From assembly GCA_963722185.1 (NCBI GenBank), contig CAVRKD010000010.1:175122-239121 (forward strand): a stretch of DNA of 64,000 nt, written 5' to 3'. The position numbers and the translations under genes were made by a program. The notes below the pieces were generated by a model. The model saw only the letters and a program-made list of their open reading frames with translations. It was not told where the DNA came from and searched no databases. Each line of letters opens with the position of its first letter. Positions within the stretch are counted from its first letter, which is position 1. This document shows, piece by piece, positions 1 through 9,007 of this stretch. This stretch comes from an uncultured Actinomycetes bacterium (GTDB lineage: Bacteria > Actinomycetota > Acidimicrobiia > Acidimicrobiales > JACCXE01).

Positions 1-674
1 AGGACTTCCGCAAGTTCGACATGGAAGACGACATCCGCGGCCTGACCAACGGTCGGCCCCTCATCGTGGTCATGCCCGACGGCGGGACGGCCGGTTGGTA
101 CTCCAATCCGGTCCGCTCGTTCTCGGGCGCGCGGAACTACGAGTCGTTTCACATCAACCAGCTGATCCCGTGGGTCGACGCCAACTTCCGGACGTGGGCG
201 GAATACAACGGGCGCGCCGTGTCGGGCTTCTCGATGGGCGGCTTCGGGGCGCTGAAGTACACCGCCAAGTACTACGGCCACTTCGCGTCGGTCAGCGCGC
301 ACTCCGGTCCGGCGAGCCTGCGCCGCGACGGCAACGCGGTGCTGCACTGGGCCAACCAAAGTTCGAAGTGGGCCGAGCTCAACGGCGGCACGCTGTACGG
401 CGAGCCGTTCTTCGACCAAGCCCGCGTCACTGCCGACAATCCTGTCGAGCGACTCGAGAGCTACCGCAACAAGCGGATTTTCCTCGTCTGCGGCCTGGAC
501 CAGGACGTCAACGAGACCTTCGTGCGCAACGGCCAGCGCGAGTTCCGCGGACTGCTCAACGCCCGGGGAATTCCGCACGAGTGGTACGAGCTTCCAGGCG
601 CGCACTTCGTGCGCCGCGACATGCTGCAGCGCGACGTCGACGGTGTGATCGCCCGCCTGCGCCCCGCCGGCTGA
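1..674 (+). CDS. Esterase family protein (esterase D / antigen-85-like fold), 5' partial
   Basis: The reading frame (phase starting at nt 3) is open to the window edge. It contains VVMPDGG and the GFSMGGFGALKY GxSxG nucleophile elbow. The usual N-terminal LLHG region is missing, so the gene starts upstream of the window. Confidence 0.75.
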   Translation, partial: DFRKFDMEDDIRGLTNGRPLIVVMPDGGTAGWYSNPVRSFSGARNYESFHINQLIPWVDANFRTWAEYNGRAVSGFSMGGFGALKYTAKYYGHFASVSAHSGPASLRRDGNAVLHWANQSSKWAELNGGTLYGEPFFDQARVTADNPVERLESYRNKRIFLVCGLDQDVNETFVRNGQREFRGLLNARGIPHEWYELPGAHFVRRDMLQRDVDGVIARLRPAG

Positions 675-689
675 CGTACGGTCGGGCCG

Positions 690-1304
690 ATGTCCGATCT
701 CACCGGGGCGCTGTCGCCGCTTAAACCCGGGCGCCACAACCTCAGCCGCGACGAGGTCCAAAGCTCGCAACGGCTGCGACTCTCGATCGCCATGGCCGAC
801 GCGTGCGCGCAGTTCGGTTTCGTCGACACGTCGGTGAAGGCGGTGCTCGAACGAGCGAACGTGTCGCGGCTGACGTTCTACGAGTTGTACGGATCGAAGC
901 TCGACTGTTTCCTCGACGCGCTCGACGTGGTCGGCCAGGTCCTGCTCGTCCAGCTGCGCGGCACGTCTCATCGCGACGGACAACCGCTCGACCGAGCGGA
1001 GCGCGCCATCGACCGGTACCTCGACGCCATCGTCAACAACCTCCCGTTCGCACGGCTCTACATAGTCGAGGTGCACGCCGCCGGTCCTGCCGCCCTGCAA
1101 CGCCGGGCCGAGTTGCAGGCGCAGGTCGTGGAGCAGATCGTTCGGCTTGTCGCTGCGCGCGATGCCGAGGCGCGCTTCGCGTGCGAGGCGTATGTGGCCG
1201 CCGTGTCGGCGCTCGTCACGCTTCCTGTCGCCACGGGCGACGTCGCAGCCATCCGCGCATTGCGCGACCCATTCGTGGCGCTCATGCGAAGGTTGTTGAC
1301 ATGA
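690..1304 (+). CDS. TetR family transcriptional regulator
   Basis: 204 aa with an N-terminal HTH (FGFVDTSVKAVLERANVSRLTFYELYGSK). Its stop overlaps the next start (ATGA). Confidence 0.85.
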   Translation: MSDLTGALSPLKPGRHNLSRDEVQSSQRLRLSIAMADACAQFGFVDTSVKAVLERANVSRLTFYELYGSKLDCFLDALDVVGQVLLVQLRGTSHRDGQPLDRAERAIDRYLDAIVNNLPFARLYIVEVHAAGPAALQRRAELQAQVVEQIVRLVAARDAEARFACEAYVAAVSALVTLPVATGDVAAIRALRDPFVALMRRLLT

Positions 1305-2032
1305 TCGAGCGGCACATCGACATCGCCACCACCGAAGGTCAGATGAATACCTTCGTCGTGCATCCGGACGAGGGCGGACCGCACCCGGTCGTCTTCTTCT
1401 ACATGGACGCACCGGGAAAGCGGCAAGAACTGCACGACATGGCGAGTCGCCTCGCCAGCGCCGGCTTCTACGTGATCCTGCCGAACCTCTATTACCGCGA
1501 CACGCGCGAGTTCAACGTCTTCTCGGGCGACCCCGAGCAGACGATGGAGCGGATGTTCGAGTTGATGCACGGCTTGGGCGACAACGCCGTCGAACGCGAC
1601 ACCGAGGCAATGTTCGCTTACGTCGACGCCGATCCCGCTGCAGACGCCAGTCGTGTCGGCTGCGTCGGTTACTGCATGAGCGGACCCTTCGCCTTCGCCA
1701 TGGCGTGCCGCTTCCCCGAACGCATTCAAGCCGCGGCGTCGATCTACGGGGTCCGCCTCTTCGGCAAAGGGTCATCCGCAGACATGGCGGACCAAGCGAA
1801 GGGCGAGTTGTACTTCGCCTGCGCGGAGCACGACGAGTACGCCCCCAAGGCGATGGTCGATGGCCTCGCCGCGCATCTCGAATCGATCGGCGCCACCGCG
1901 CGCGTCGAGTGGTATCCCGGCGCGCATCACGGCTTCGCCTTTCCGACGCGTGGCGGTGCGTACGACCGCGACGCGGCCGAGCGGCACTGGGAACGACTGC
2001 ACGCGCTGTTCGCCCGCACCCTCGCGTCCTGA
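1301..2032 (+). CDS. Dienelactone hydrolase family protein
   Basis: The true start is the ATG at 1301 inside the longer ORF 803..2032. Motifs are HPVVFFYMDAPG, the GYCMSGPF nucleophile-Cys elbow and a C-terminal GAHHGF. Confidence 0.8.
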   Translation: MIERHIDIATTEGQMNTFVVHPDEGGPHPVVFFYMDAPGKRQELHDMASRLASAGFYVILPNLYYRDTREFNVFSGDPEQTMERMFELMHGLGDNAVERDTEAMFAYVDADPAADASRVGCVGYCMSGPFAFAMACRFPERIQAAASIYGVRLFGKGSSADMADQAKGELYFACAEHDEYAPKAMVDGLAAHLESIGATARVEWYPGAHHGFAFPTRGGAYDRDAAERHWERLHALFARTLAS

Positions 2033-2034
2033 TC

Positions 2035-2523
2035 GTGGCCGAGGACAGCCTCAGCGCCACGACGGTCATCAACGCGTCAGTCGAGGAGATCTTCGCGGCG
2101 CTGGCGGATCCGGCAACGCACGCGGCGATCGACGGGACCGGCTGGGTGACCGACAACGTCGAGAGCCAGCCGTTGACGACGGCGGGCCAGGTCTTCCGGA
2201 TGGCGATGTACCACCCGCATCATCCCGACGGGAGCTACGAGACCGCCAATCAGGTCGAGGTGTTCGACCCGCCGACCGCCATCTCGTGGAAGACCGGCTA
2301 CTACGACGACGACGGCGAGTTGCAGTTCGGCGGTTGGTTCTGGCGCTACGACCTCCGGCCGGACGGGCCAGGCCGGACTACCGTCACGCTTCTTTACGAC
2401 TGGTCAGCGACGTCGGCAGAAACCCGCAAGCTCATCGGCTTTCCGCCGTTCCCCGTCGCGCACCTGGAGAACTCGCTCGCCCATTTGGCGAAGCTGACTC
2501 AGAGAGTGGCGCGCGGCGGGTAG
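2035..2523 (+). CDS. SRPBCC (START/polyketide cyclase-like) family protein
   Basis: GTG at 2035 is in frame in ORF 1705..2523. The sequence TVINASVEEIFAALADPATHAAIDG ... TVTLLYDW is typical of SRPBCC proteins. Confidence 0.7.
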   Translation: MAEDSLSATTVINASVEEIFAALADPATHAAIDGTGWVTDNVESQPLTTAGQVFRMAMYHPHHPDGSYETANQVEVFDPPTAISWKTGYYDDDGELQFGGWFWRYDLRPDGPGRTTVTLLYDWSATSAETRKLIGFPPFPVAHLENSLAHLAKLTQRVARGG

Positions 2524-2798
2524 AGATACATATCCGGGTTCAACAGTGGTTGGCGACGTGTTCGCTCAACACCCACGTGCGCCCTCCGATGACTGAGTGC
2601 ACGACCACTCGGCTCCAGTAGGTCACGCCGACGTAGGTCGTTGGGTCTCGTCGTGCGCGCTCGGTCGGCGAGCTGATCGGCGTACCTGAACGAGTCATAT
2701 CCCGTTGGCTGCACCCCGGCGGCGGCCGAGTCTCCGAGCGAGACGTAATAGATCGGCCCCTCGGCAGCGCGCGAAACCTGTGGCGTCACCACCAGCAT
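2499..2798 (-). pseudogene. Possible N-terminal remnant of an SGNH/GDSL hydrolase
   Basis: The minus-strand ORF contains MLMLVV...PIYYVSLGDSAAAGVQPTGY (SGNH block I, GDS), but no later SGNH blocks appear in any frame. It sits in a 293-bp gap between two plus-strand genes. Confidence 0.3.
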
Positions 2799-2816
2799 CA
2801 GCACACGGCGGCAACA

Positions 2817-3875
2817 GTGAGCGCACACTTCTTTGGCATGGGGCATTCCTACACTCCTGCAGTGCCACCTGCTCAGACCGAAACGGACGAGGCACTGCGC
2901 GCCTGGATCATCGAACACGTCGACGATGTCGACGACGCTCCGATGGAGTCCGAGCTGATCAGCGGCGGTCACTCCAACGTCACGATCGGCGTGCGCATCG
3001 GCGAGCGCGACCTGGTCGTGCGCCGCCCGCCGGAGACCGCTTTCCTGCCGACGGCCAACGACGTCGGTCGCGAGTACCGCTTCTACTCAGCGCTGCGCGA
3101 CACGGCGGTGCCCACGCCGCGCGCCTTCGCCTTCTGCGAAGACTCCTCCGTTATCGGCGCGCCGTTCTACGTCATGGAGCGCCTGCACGGCGTCGTGCCG
3201 CACGAGGCCGCCGCCCTCGAGAGCATCAGCGCCGCTGACGCGACCGCGCTGTGCGAGCGGTTCGTGGAAGTGCTCGCGGCGATCCACGAGGTCGGCTACA
3301 ACGCCGTCGGCCTCGGCGACGTTGGCAAGCCAACCGGCTACCTCGAGCGGCAAGTGCGACGGTGGACCGATCAGTGGCATCGCGCCAAAGCCGCCGACGA
3401 CCCCGTTATCGACGAGCTCGCCAGAATCCTCGGCGCGCACATTCCCGAGTCGCCACCCGCGACGATCGTCCACGGCGACTACCGGCTGGGCAACGTCATG
3501 CTCGACGCGGCGAGGCGTCGCGACATCGTCGGCGTCTTCGACTGGGAGATGGCAACCATCGGCGACCCGCTCGCCGACGTCGGGTACACGCTGCTGTACT
3601 GGGGGACAAAGGATCGGCCGCCGATTCATCCGTCGCAGCAGTGCGCCGAACTACCGGGCATGTACAGCGCCGATGAACTCGCGCAGCGCTACGCGGTGGT
3701 GTCTGGGCGGGCGGTCGACCACGTCGTGTTCTACGTCGTACTCGCGGCGTTCAAGCTGACGATCATCGGGGCGGGCAACGCCGCTCGCGCCCGTCGCGCC
3801 GGCGCCGAGTTACCGGCGACGACAGAGAGCCCGGCGCTGGCGGTGTGGGCGCTGGAGTTCTGGAATCGGCCCTGA
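2817..3875 (+). CDS. Phosphotransferase (APH/choline-kinase-like) family protein
   Basis: 352 aa with GGHSNVT, VVRRPP, HGDYRLGNVML and DWEMATIGDPLADVGY motifs. Confidence 0.85.
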   Translation: MSAHFFGMGHSYTPAVPPAQTETDEALRAWIIEHVDDVDDAPMESELISGGHSNVTIGVRIGERDLVVRRPPETAFLPTANDVGREYRFYSALRDTAVPTPRAFAFCEDSSVIGAPFYVMERLHGVVPHEAAALESISAADATALCERFVEVLAAIHEVGYNAVGLGDVGKPTGYLERQVRRWTDQWHRAKAADDPVIDELARILGAHIPESPPATIVHGDYRLGNVMLDAARRRDIVGVFDWEMATIGDPLADVGYTLLYWGTKDRPPIHPSQQCAELPGMYSADELAQRYAVVSGRAVDHVVFYVVLAAFKLTIIGAGNAARARRAGAELPATTESPALAVWALEFWNRP

Positions 3876-3932
3876 TCGCGATCTGGTTGACGTCGTGGCC
3901 GCCCGGCGGCGCCACCGGATACCGTCAGCACC

Positions 3933-4670
3933 GTGAACGAGACCCACACGCTGACCACGCCGGACGGCGACATGGACGTGCACGTCGTGCGCCCCGACGG
4001 CGACGGACCATTTCCCGTCGTCGTCTTCTTCCACCACGGACCCGGCCTCGACGGCCCGTCCAAAGAGACGATGCAGATGCTCGCCGACGCGGGCTACTAC
4101 GTCATCAGTCACGACCGCTACCACCGCGAGCAAGCCTGGTTCGTGATGACGCCGGAGATGCGCGGCGATCAAGACAAGATGAAGTGGTTCTTCGGGGTGC
4201 TTACCGGTACGACCGAAGACATGGTCGACACCGACCTCCAGGCGGTGTTCGCCCACGTCGACGCCGATCCTGTAGCCGGTAAGGGCCTGATGCGATGCAT
4301 CGGCTACTGCATCGGTGCGCGCTCGGTCGTGGTGATGATGGCGCGCCACAACGACCGCTTCGGCGCGGGCGTCGGCTTGCATCCGTCGTACTGCACTACC
4401 GATCAACCCGACTCGCCCCACCTTCTCGTGCCGTCGATTCGAGGCTCGCTCTACGTCGCCTTCGGTGCCGAAGACAAGATGCAGTCGCCCGAGGACAACG
4501 TCCCGTTCATCGAAGCGGTGCGGACGATGCCCGACGGTCGCGGTGAAGCCGACATTCTCGACGGCGCCAACCACGGATTCGCCGTGCTCCAGAGCGCGGC
4601 GTACCACGAGGAGGCGGCGTCGGCGGCGTACAAGAAGGCGTTGGCGCTGTTCGGCAAAGTTCTGGCGTAG
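3933..4670 (+). CDS. Dienelactone hydrolase family protein
   Basis: 245 aa with a GTG start. It contains FPVVVFFHHGPG, the IGYCIGARS nucleophile elbow and ANHGF. It is a paralogue of the gene at 1301..2032. Confidence 0.8.
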   Translation: MNETHTLTTPDGDMDVHVVRPDGDGPFPVVVFFHHGPGLDGPSKETMQMLADAGYYVISHDRYHREQAWFVMTPEMRGDQDKMKWFFGVLTGTTEDMVDTDLQAVFAHVDADPVAGKGLMRCIGYCIGARSVVVMMARHNDRFGAGVGLHPSYCTTDQPDSPHLLVPSIRGSLYVAFGAEDKMQSPEDNVPFIEAVRTMPDGRGEADILDGANHGFAVLQSAAYHEEAASAAYKKALALFGKVLA

Positions 4671-4828
4671 GGAACCACTCGTCGTCATCGGTTGACTCGC
4701 CCATCGCCGGACAGCGCCGCCCATCCGCGCCAAAACCGGTCACCTCTGCGCGGCGGCGACGCATCGTGAACGCAAGGTTTGGCGCGCTTGGGAGTTACCA
4801 GCGTCAGGGACGGAAGCGTCGTCGGGGC

Positions 4829-4846
4829 GCGACTCCGCGGAGTCGC
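4829..4846. promoter_or_regulatory. Perfect 18-bp palindrome in the 5' leader of the first giant repeat-protein gene
   Basis: GCGACTCCGCGGAGTCGC is its own reverse complement. It lies 17 nt upstream of the ATG at 4863, just before the GGGGGAA ribosome-binding site. Confidence 0.3.
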
Positions 4847-4862
4847 AAACAAGGGGGAATAG

Positions 4863-7800
4863 ATGAGCGGGCGAAGCCTTCGGGCGGCATTGCTTGCCGC
4901 TGTGTTGACCGCGGTCGTAGGCGGGGTCGTCACCAGTCCACCGGCGGAGGCCCGCAAGGTCGGTAACCCCGGCGGCGGCTTCACCCTCAAGGTGCAGAGC
5001 GGGTCGTTGCGGATCCGCGACAAGGGCTTCGAGTTCGTGGACGAGGGCCGAAGCCCCCAGTGCTCCGACGGGTCGAATAACGATGGCACGCCCCCCGACG
5101 GGCAGGACAGCGCCGTGGACTTCCCAGCGGACCCGCAGTGCACCAGCGCCACCGACGACAGCGAGACCGCGGGCGGCCATCAGCCCAAGCAGCCCATCCT
5201 GATGCAGAGCGGGACGATCACCGCCGCTGGCGCCGTGACCTTTCCGATGAGCGGCGTCAGCTTCCCGCCGCAGTACCTCTTTGTGAATGCCGACGACACG
5301 TCGGGCGGCGCGATCGACGACTTCGTCGTCACCATCCAGATCTTCCCGATCGCCAACTTCACCGGCCAAATCAACCCGTTGAACGGCAGCATGGACCTGC
5401 GCATGCAGGTCCGCGTGAGCGCCACCGGCGGGCCGCTGAGCTCCAGTTGCGGCGTCAACCCGATCGACATCAACACGCTCATCACAGGCACGACCTCGCC
5501 GCCGGCTCCGAACACACCGATCAGTGGCGTTCCGTACGACACGGCCACGGGCCGCACGACCATCGTCAACAACCACTACAGCGTGCCGGGCGCGTCGAAC
5601 TGCGGGACGTTCGCCCTCTTCGTCGATCTCAACGACCAAATCAACACCCAGCTCGGGTTGCCGTCGCCGTCGGGCAACAACGAGGCCAAGTTCCTGGTCG
5701 AGTTCACGCCCACCAAGGTGACCGCGGGCATCGTTCCGTCGTTCACGGCGACGCCCTCCTCGGGCCCAGCGCCCCTCAGCGTCGCGTTCAACGCGGGGGC
5801 CAGCACCGGCACCGGCCTCTCCTACGCCTGGGACTTCGACAACAACGGCAGCGTCGACGCCACCGGTGTGACCGCGTCGCGCGCCTACAACGCGCCGGGC
5901 AGCTTCACGGCGAAGCTGACCGTGACCGACAGCGACGGCGATTCGGCCGTCACGACGCGACTGATCTCGGTGGGCGCCAACTTGCCGCCGACCGCGAACG
6001 ACCAGTCGGTCTCGACCGCCGAGGATCTCCCGAAGAACATCACGCTCACCGGTAGCGATCCCGAAGGCGCGCCCCTCGCTTACTCGCTCGTCTCGCCGCC
6101 GCCGGCCCACGGCAGCGTCACGGGTACGCCGCCGAACGTCACCTACACGCCGTACGGCAATTACAACGGCCCCGATAGTTTCGGATTCAAGGTCGTCGAC
6201 GGTTTCGGCACCAACAACGACACCGGCCTGGTCACGATCAATGTCACGCCCGTCAACGATCCACCGACCGCCACGAACGTCAGCGCGAACACGACCGAGG
6301 ACAACGCCACCAGCGTCTTGCTCGTCGCCACTGACCTTGACGGAGACGCGTTGACCTATGCGATCGCGTCACCGCCGACGAAGGGCGTCCTCGGGGCGGT
6401 GTCGGACAACAGCGTCTCGTACACGCCGAACGCCAACGAAAACGGCGTCGACACTTTCACGTTCACCGCCACCGACCCGAGCAACTCGGTGAGCAGTGTC
6501 GCCACCGCCACGGTCAACATCACCTCGGTCAACGACGCGCCGACCGCCAACTCCGCGACCGTCAACACCGACGAAGACACGCCGGTCGGGATTGCCCTCA
6601 CCGGCAGCGACGTGGAGCCGGGCCCGCTGACCTTCGGCATCGTCAATCAGCCGGTGCACGGCACGCTCAGCGGCTCGCTGCCCAACGTCTCGTACACGCC
6701 GACCGCGCACTACAACGGACCCGACGCGTTCGTCTTCAAGGTGTCCGACAGCAATGGCGCCTCGGGTCTGGCCATCATCCATCTCGAGGTGGCGGCGGTG
6801 AACGATGTACCGACCGCGTCGAACGCGTCGGTCGGCACCAATCAAGACACTCCGGTGACCGTTTCTATTGCCGCGGGCGACGCCGATGGTGACTCGCTCA
6901 CCTTTACGCCGACCACACCGACGGCCGGCACCGTCGCCTGCACCGGCAATGACTGCACCTACACGCCGGCGAGCGGATTCGCCGGAACCGACAGCTTCGA
7001 CGTGCTCGTCGACGACGGAAACGGTGGAAGTGCGACCGTGACCGTCACCGTCAGCGTGTCGGCGGTCAACAACACGCAGCCGGTGTTCGACGACAGCGAG
7101 TTCGTCCTGCTCGAAGACCAGCCGCGGAACTTCACGCTGGTGGGCACGGACGCTGATGGCGACCCGCTGACCTATTCGGTGGCCGAGGCTCCGGCGCAGG
7201 GCGTGCTCGCATGCGGCGCGGGGGGCGCCTGCACCTACACGCCCGAAGCCAACAACACCGCCACGCAGACCGCGCAGCTGCAAGTGAGCGACGGACGAGG
7301 CGGCCTCGCCACGGCCACGCTCACCCTGACCGTCGTCCCGATCAACGACCTCCCCACGGTGGCGGCGGCATCGGTCGCCACCGACGAGGACACCGCTGCA
7401 AGCACCTCTCTCAGCGCTACTGATCCGGACGGCAACAGCCTCGCCTGGGTCGTCAAGCGCGACGCGCTGCACGGAACCGTCATCTGTTCGACGACCGGTA
7501 CCTGCACCTACGAGCCCGCAGCCGACTACCACGGCGCTGACTCCTTCGAAGCGGAAGTCAACGACGGCCACGGAGGCCGCGTCCGCGTCACGGTGCCCAT
7601 CACCGTCACCGGGTTGAACGACGGGCCTACCGCGGGATCGGTTCCCGTCACGATCGCCGAGGACGCCGCGCCTGTGTCCTTCAACCTCTCCGGCGCCGAT
7701 CTCGACGGCGACGGCGTGTCCTTCAGCGCACTCCCGTCGTCGCTCGGCACGTTGGCCTGCTCGGCCAGCGGTGCGTGCACCTTCGCCCCGAACGCGAACG

Positions 7801-8984
7801 CCAACGGCTTCGAGGCGGTGGGTTACACCGTGAGCGACGGCACGCTGTCGACCACCGGTGTGGTGCTCGTCAACATCGCTCCGGTCAACGACGTGCCGAC
7901 TGCCGTACCAGCGTCATTCGCCACCGCCGAAGACACTGCGGTGCCGTTCACTCTCGGTGCCAATGACGCTGACGCCGGCGACACACTCACGTACAACCTG
8001 ACCAGCGCGCCCGCCCAGGGCTCGGTATTCGGCGTCGCCCCGAACCTGACGTATCGGCCGGCGCCGAACGCCAACGGCACGGTCTCCTTCACGTTCCGGG
8101 TCACCGACGCCGCGGGCGCCACGTCCACGGCCGGCGTGAACATCACGGTCAACCCGGTAGACGACCTTCCGGTCGCCAACTCGCTCGACCTCACCACGCC
8201 CGAAGACACGGCCAGGGCGATCGCCCTTACGGGTACGGACGTCGAAGGGCCGGTGACGGTTACCGTCACGGCACCGCCGCTGCACGGCGCCTACAGCGGC
8301 GGGACCTATACCCCTGCCACCAATTTCAGCGGCACCGACGCGATCGGCTTCCGGGTCACCGACGGCGGAAACAACGTCGCCGACGGGCTCGTCAGCATCG
8401 CGATCACGCCGGTCAACGACGCGCCCAAGGCGTTCAGCAGCACCGTCGTCACGCAGCGGGCGACCGCCGTGCCTATAACGCTGACCGCGAACGACCCCGA
8501 CGGTGATCCCCTGGCGTGGACGATCCTCACTGGGCCGGCTCACGGCTCGCTCAGCGGTACCGCTCCCAGCCTCACGTACACGCCGGCGGGGCTCTACACC
8601 GGAGCGGACGCGTTCACGTTCAAGGTCACCGACCCGGCAGGTGCGGTCAGCAGCGCCACGATCAGCATCTCGGTAACGACGGCGAACGTGGCGACGTCGC
8701 TGGTGGTGGGCCCGGCGACGGTGACCAAGCCGGCACTGATAGGCAACTACCGGTACACCAACCTGAACGGCACGCTGCGCACGACCAACGGCAGTGTTGC
8801 CATCCCGAACCAGCCCGTGGCGTTCTTCGTGAACGGCACGAAGATCTGTCAAGCGCAGACCAACGCCAGTGGTTTCGCCACCTGCTCGGGCACCGGTCCG
8901 CGGGTCAACGCGACGACCTACACCGGCAAATTCCCCGGCTCGTCCGGCTACCTGACGTCTACCGGAACGGGCCCACTGTCGTGA
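4863..8984 (+). CDS. Secreted tandem-95 / cadherin-like repeat protein (PKD domain, ten repeats, C-terminal Ig-like module)
   Basis: 1373 aa. It has a signal peptide (MSGRSLRAALLAAVLTAVVGGVVTSPPAEA) and a PKD module (SYAWDFDNNGSVD...TAKLTVTDSDG). Ten ~90-aa units follow, each with VNDxPTA..EDT..L.G.D.DGD.LTY...P.HG...YTP...NG.DSF.F.V.D. Confidence 0.9.
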   Translation: MSGRSLRAALLAAVLTAVVGGVVTSPPAEARKVGNPGGGFTLKVQSGSLRIRDKGFEFVDEGRSPQCSDGSNNDGTPPDGQDSAVDFPADPQCTSATDDSETAGGHQPKQPILMQSGTITAAGAVTFPMSGVSFPPQYLFVNADDTSGGAIDDFVVTIQIFPIANFTGQINPLNGSMDLRMQVRVSATGGPLSSSCGVNPIDINTLITGTTSPPAPNTPISGVPYDTATGRTTIVNNHYSVPGASNCGTFALFVDLNDQINTQLGLPSPSGNNEAKFLVEFTPTKVTAGIVPSFTATPSSGPAPLSVAFNAGASTGTGLSYAWDFDNNGSVDATGVTASRAYNAPGSFTAKLTVTDSDGDSAVTTRLISVGANLPPTANDQSVSTAEDLPKNITLTGSDPEGAPLAYSLVSPPPAHGSVTGTPPNVTYTPYGNYNGPDSFGFKVVDGFGTNNDTGLVTINVTPVNDPPTATNVSANTTEDNATSVLLVATDLDGDALTYAIASPPTKGVLGAVSDNSVSYTPNANENGVDTFTFTATDPSNSVSSVATATVNITSVNDAPTANSATVNTDEDTPVGIALTGSDVEPGPLTFGIVNQPVHGTLSGSLPNVSYTPTAHYNGPDAFVFKVSDSNGASGLAIIHLEVAAVNDVPTASNASVGTNQDTPVTVSIAAGDADGDSLTFTPTTPTAGTVACTGNDCTYTPASGFAGTDSFDVLVDDGNGGSATVTVTVSVSAVNNTQPVFDDSEFVLLEDQPRNFTLVGTDADGDPLTYSVAEAPAQGVLACGAGGACTYTPEANNTATQTAQLQVSDGRGGLATATLTLTVVPINDLPTVAAASVATDEDTAASTSLSATDPDGNSLAWVVKRDALHGTVICSTTGTCTYEPAADYHGADSFEAEVNDGHGGRVRVTVPITVTGLNDGPTAGSVPVTIAEDAAPVSFNLSGADLDGDGVSFSALPSSLGTLACSASGACTFAPNANANGFEAVGYTVSDGTLSTTGVVLVNIAPVNDVPTAVPASFATAEDTAVPFTLGANDADAGDTLTYNLTSAPAQGSVFGVAPNLTYRPAPNANGTVSFTFRVTDAAGATSTAGVNITVNPVDDLPVANSLDLTTPEDTARAIALTGTDVEGPVTVTVTAPPLHGAYSGGTYTPATNFSGTDAIGFRVTDGGNNVADGLVSIAITPVNDAPKAFSSTVVTQRATAVPITLTANDPDGDPLAWTILTGPAHGSLSGTAPSLTYTPAGLYTGADAFTFKVTDPAGAVSSATISISVTTANVATSLVVGPATVTKPALIGNYRYTNLNGTLRTTNGSVAIPNQPVAFFVNGTKICQAQTNASGFATCSGTGPRVNATTYTGKFPGSSGYLTSTGTGPLS
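5984..8676 (+). repeat. Coding array of ten diverged ~270-nt (~90-aa) tandem repeats
   Basis: I counted ten successive units from the translation. Each is bounded by the VN(D/N)xP linker. The units are conserved at protein level only. Confidence 0.85.
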
Positions 8985-9007
8985 GCGCGCCAATCACAGG
9001 AGGAACG

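Noticed and set aside
803-1300. Long 5' extensions appear on listed ORFs, for example 803..2032, 1705..2523, 8516..13342, 22068..23378, 24603..25673, 35462..37003, 39306..40862, 56692..58125 and 58315..60228.
   Set aside because: The extensions overlap the preceding gene and read as Arg/Pro-rich junk. Internal starts give normal N-termini, often with an SD-like site or a stop-start overlap, so the shorter coordinates were used.
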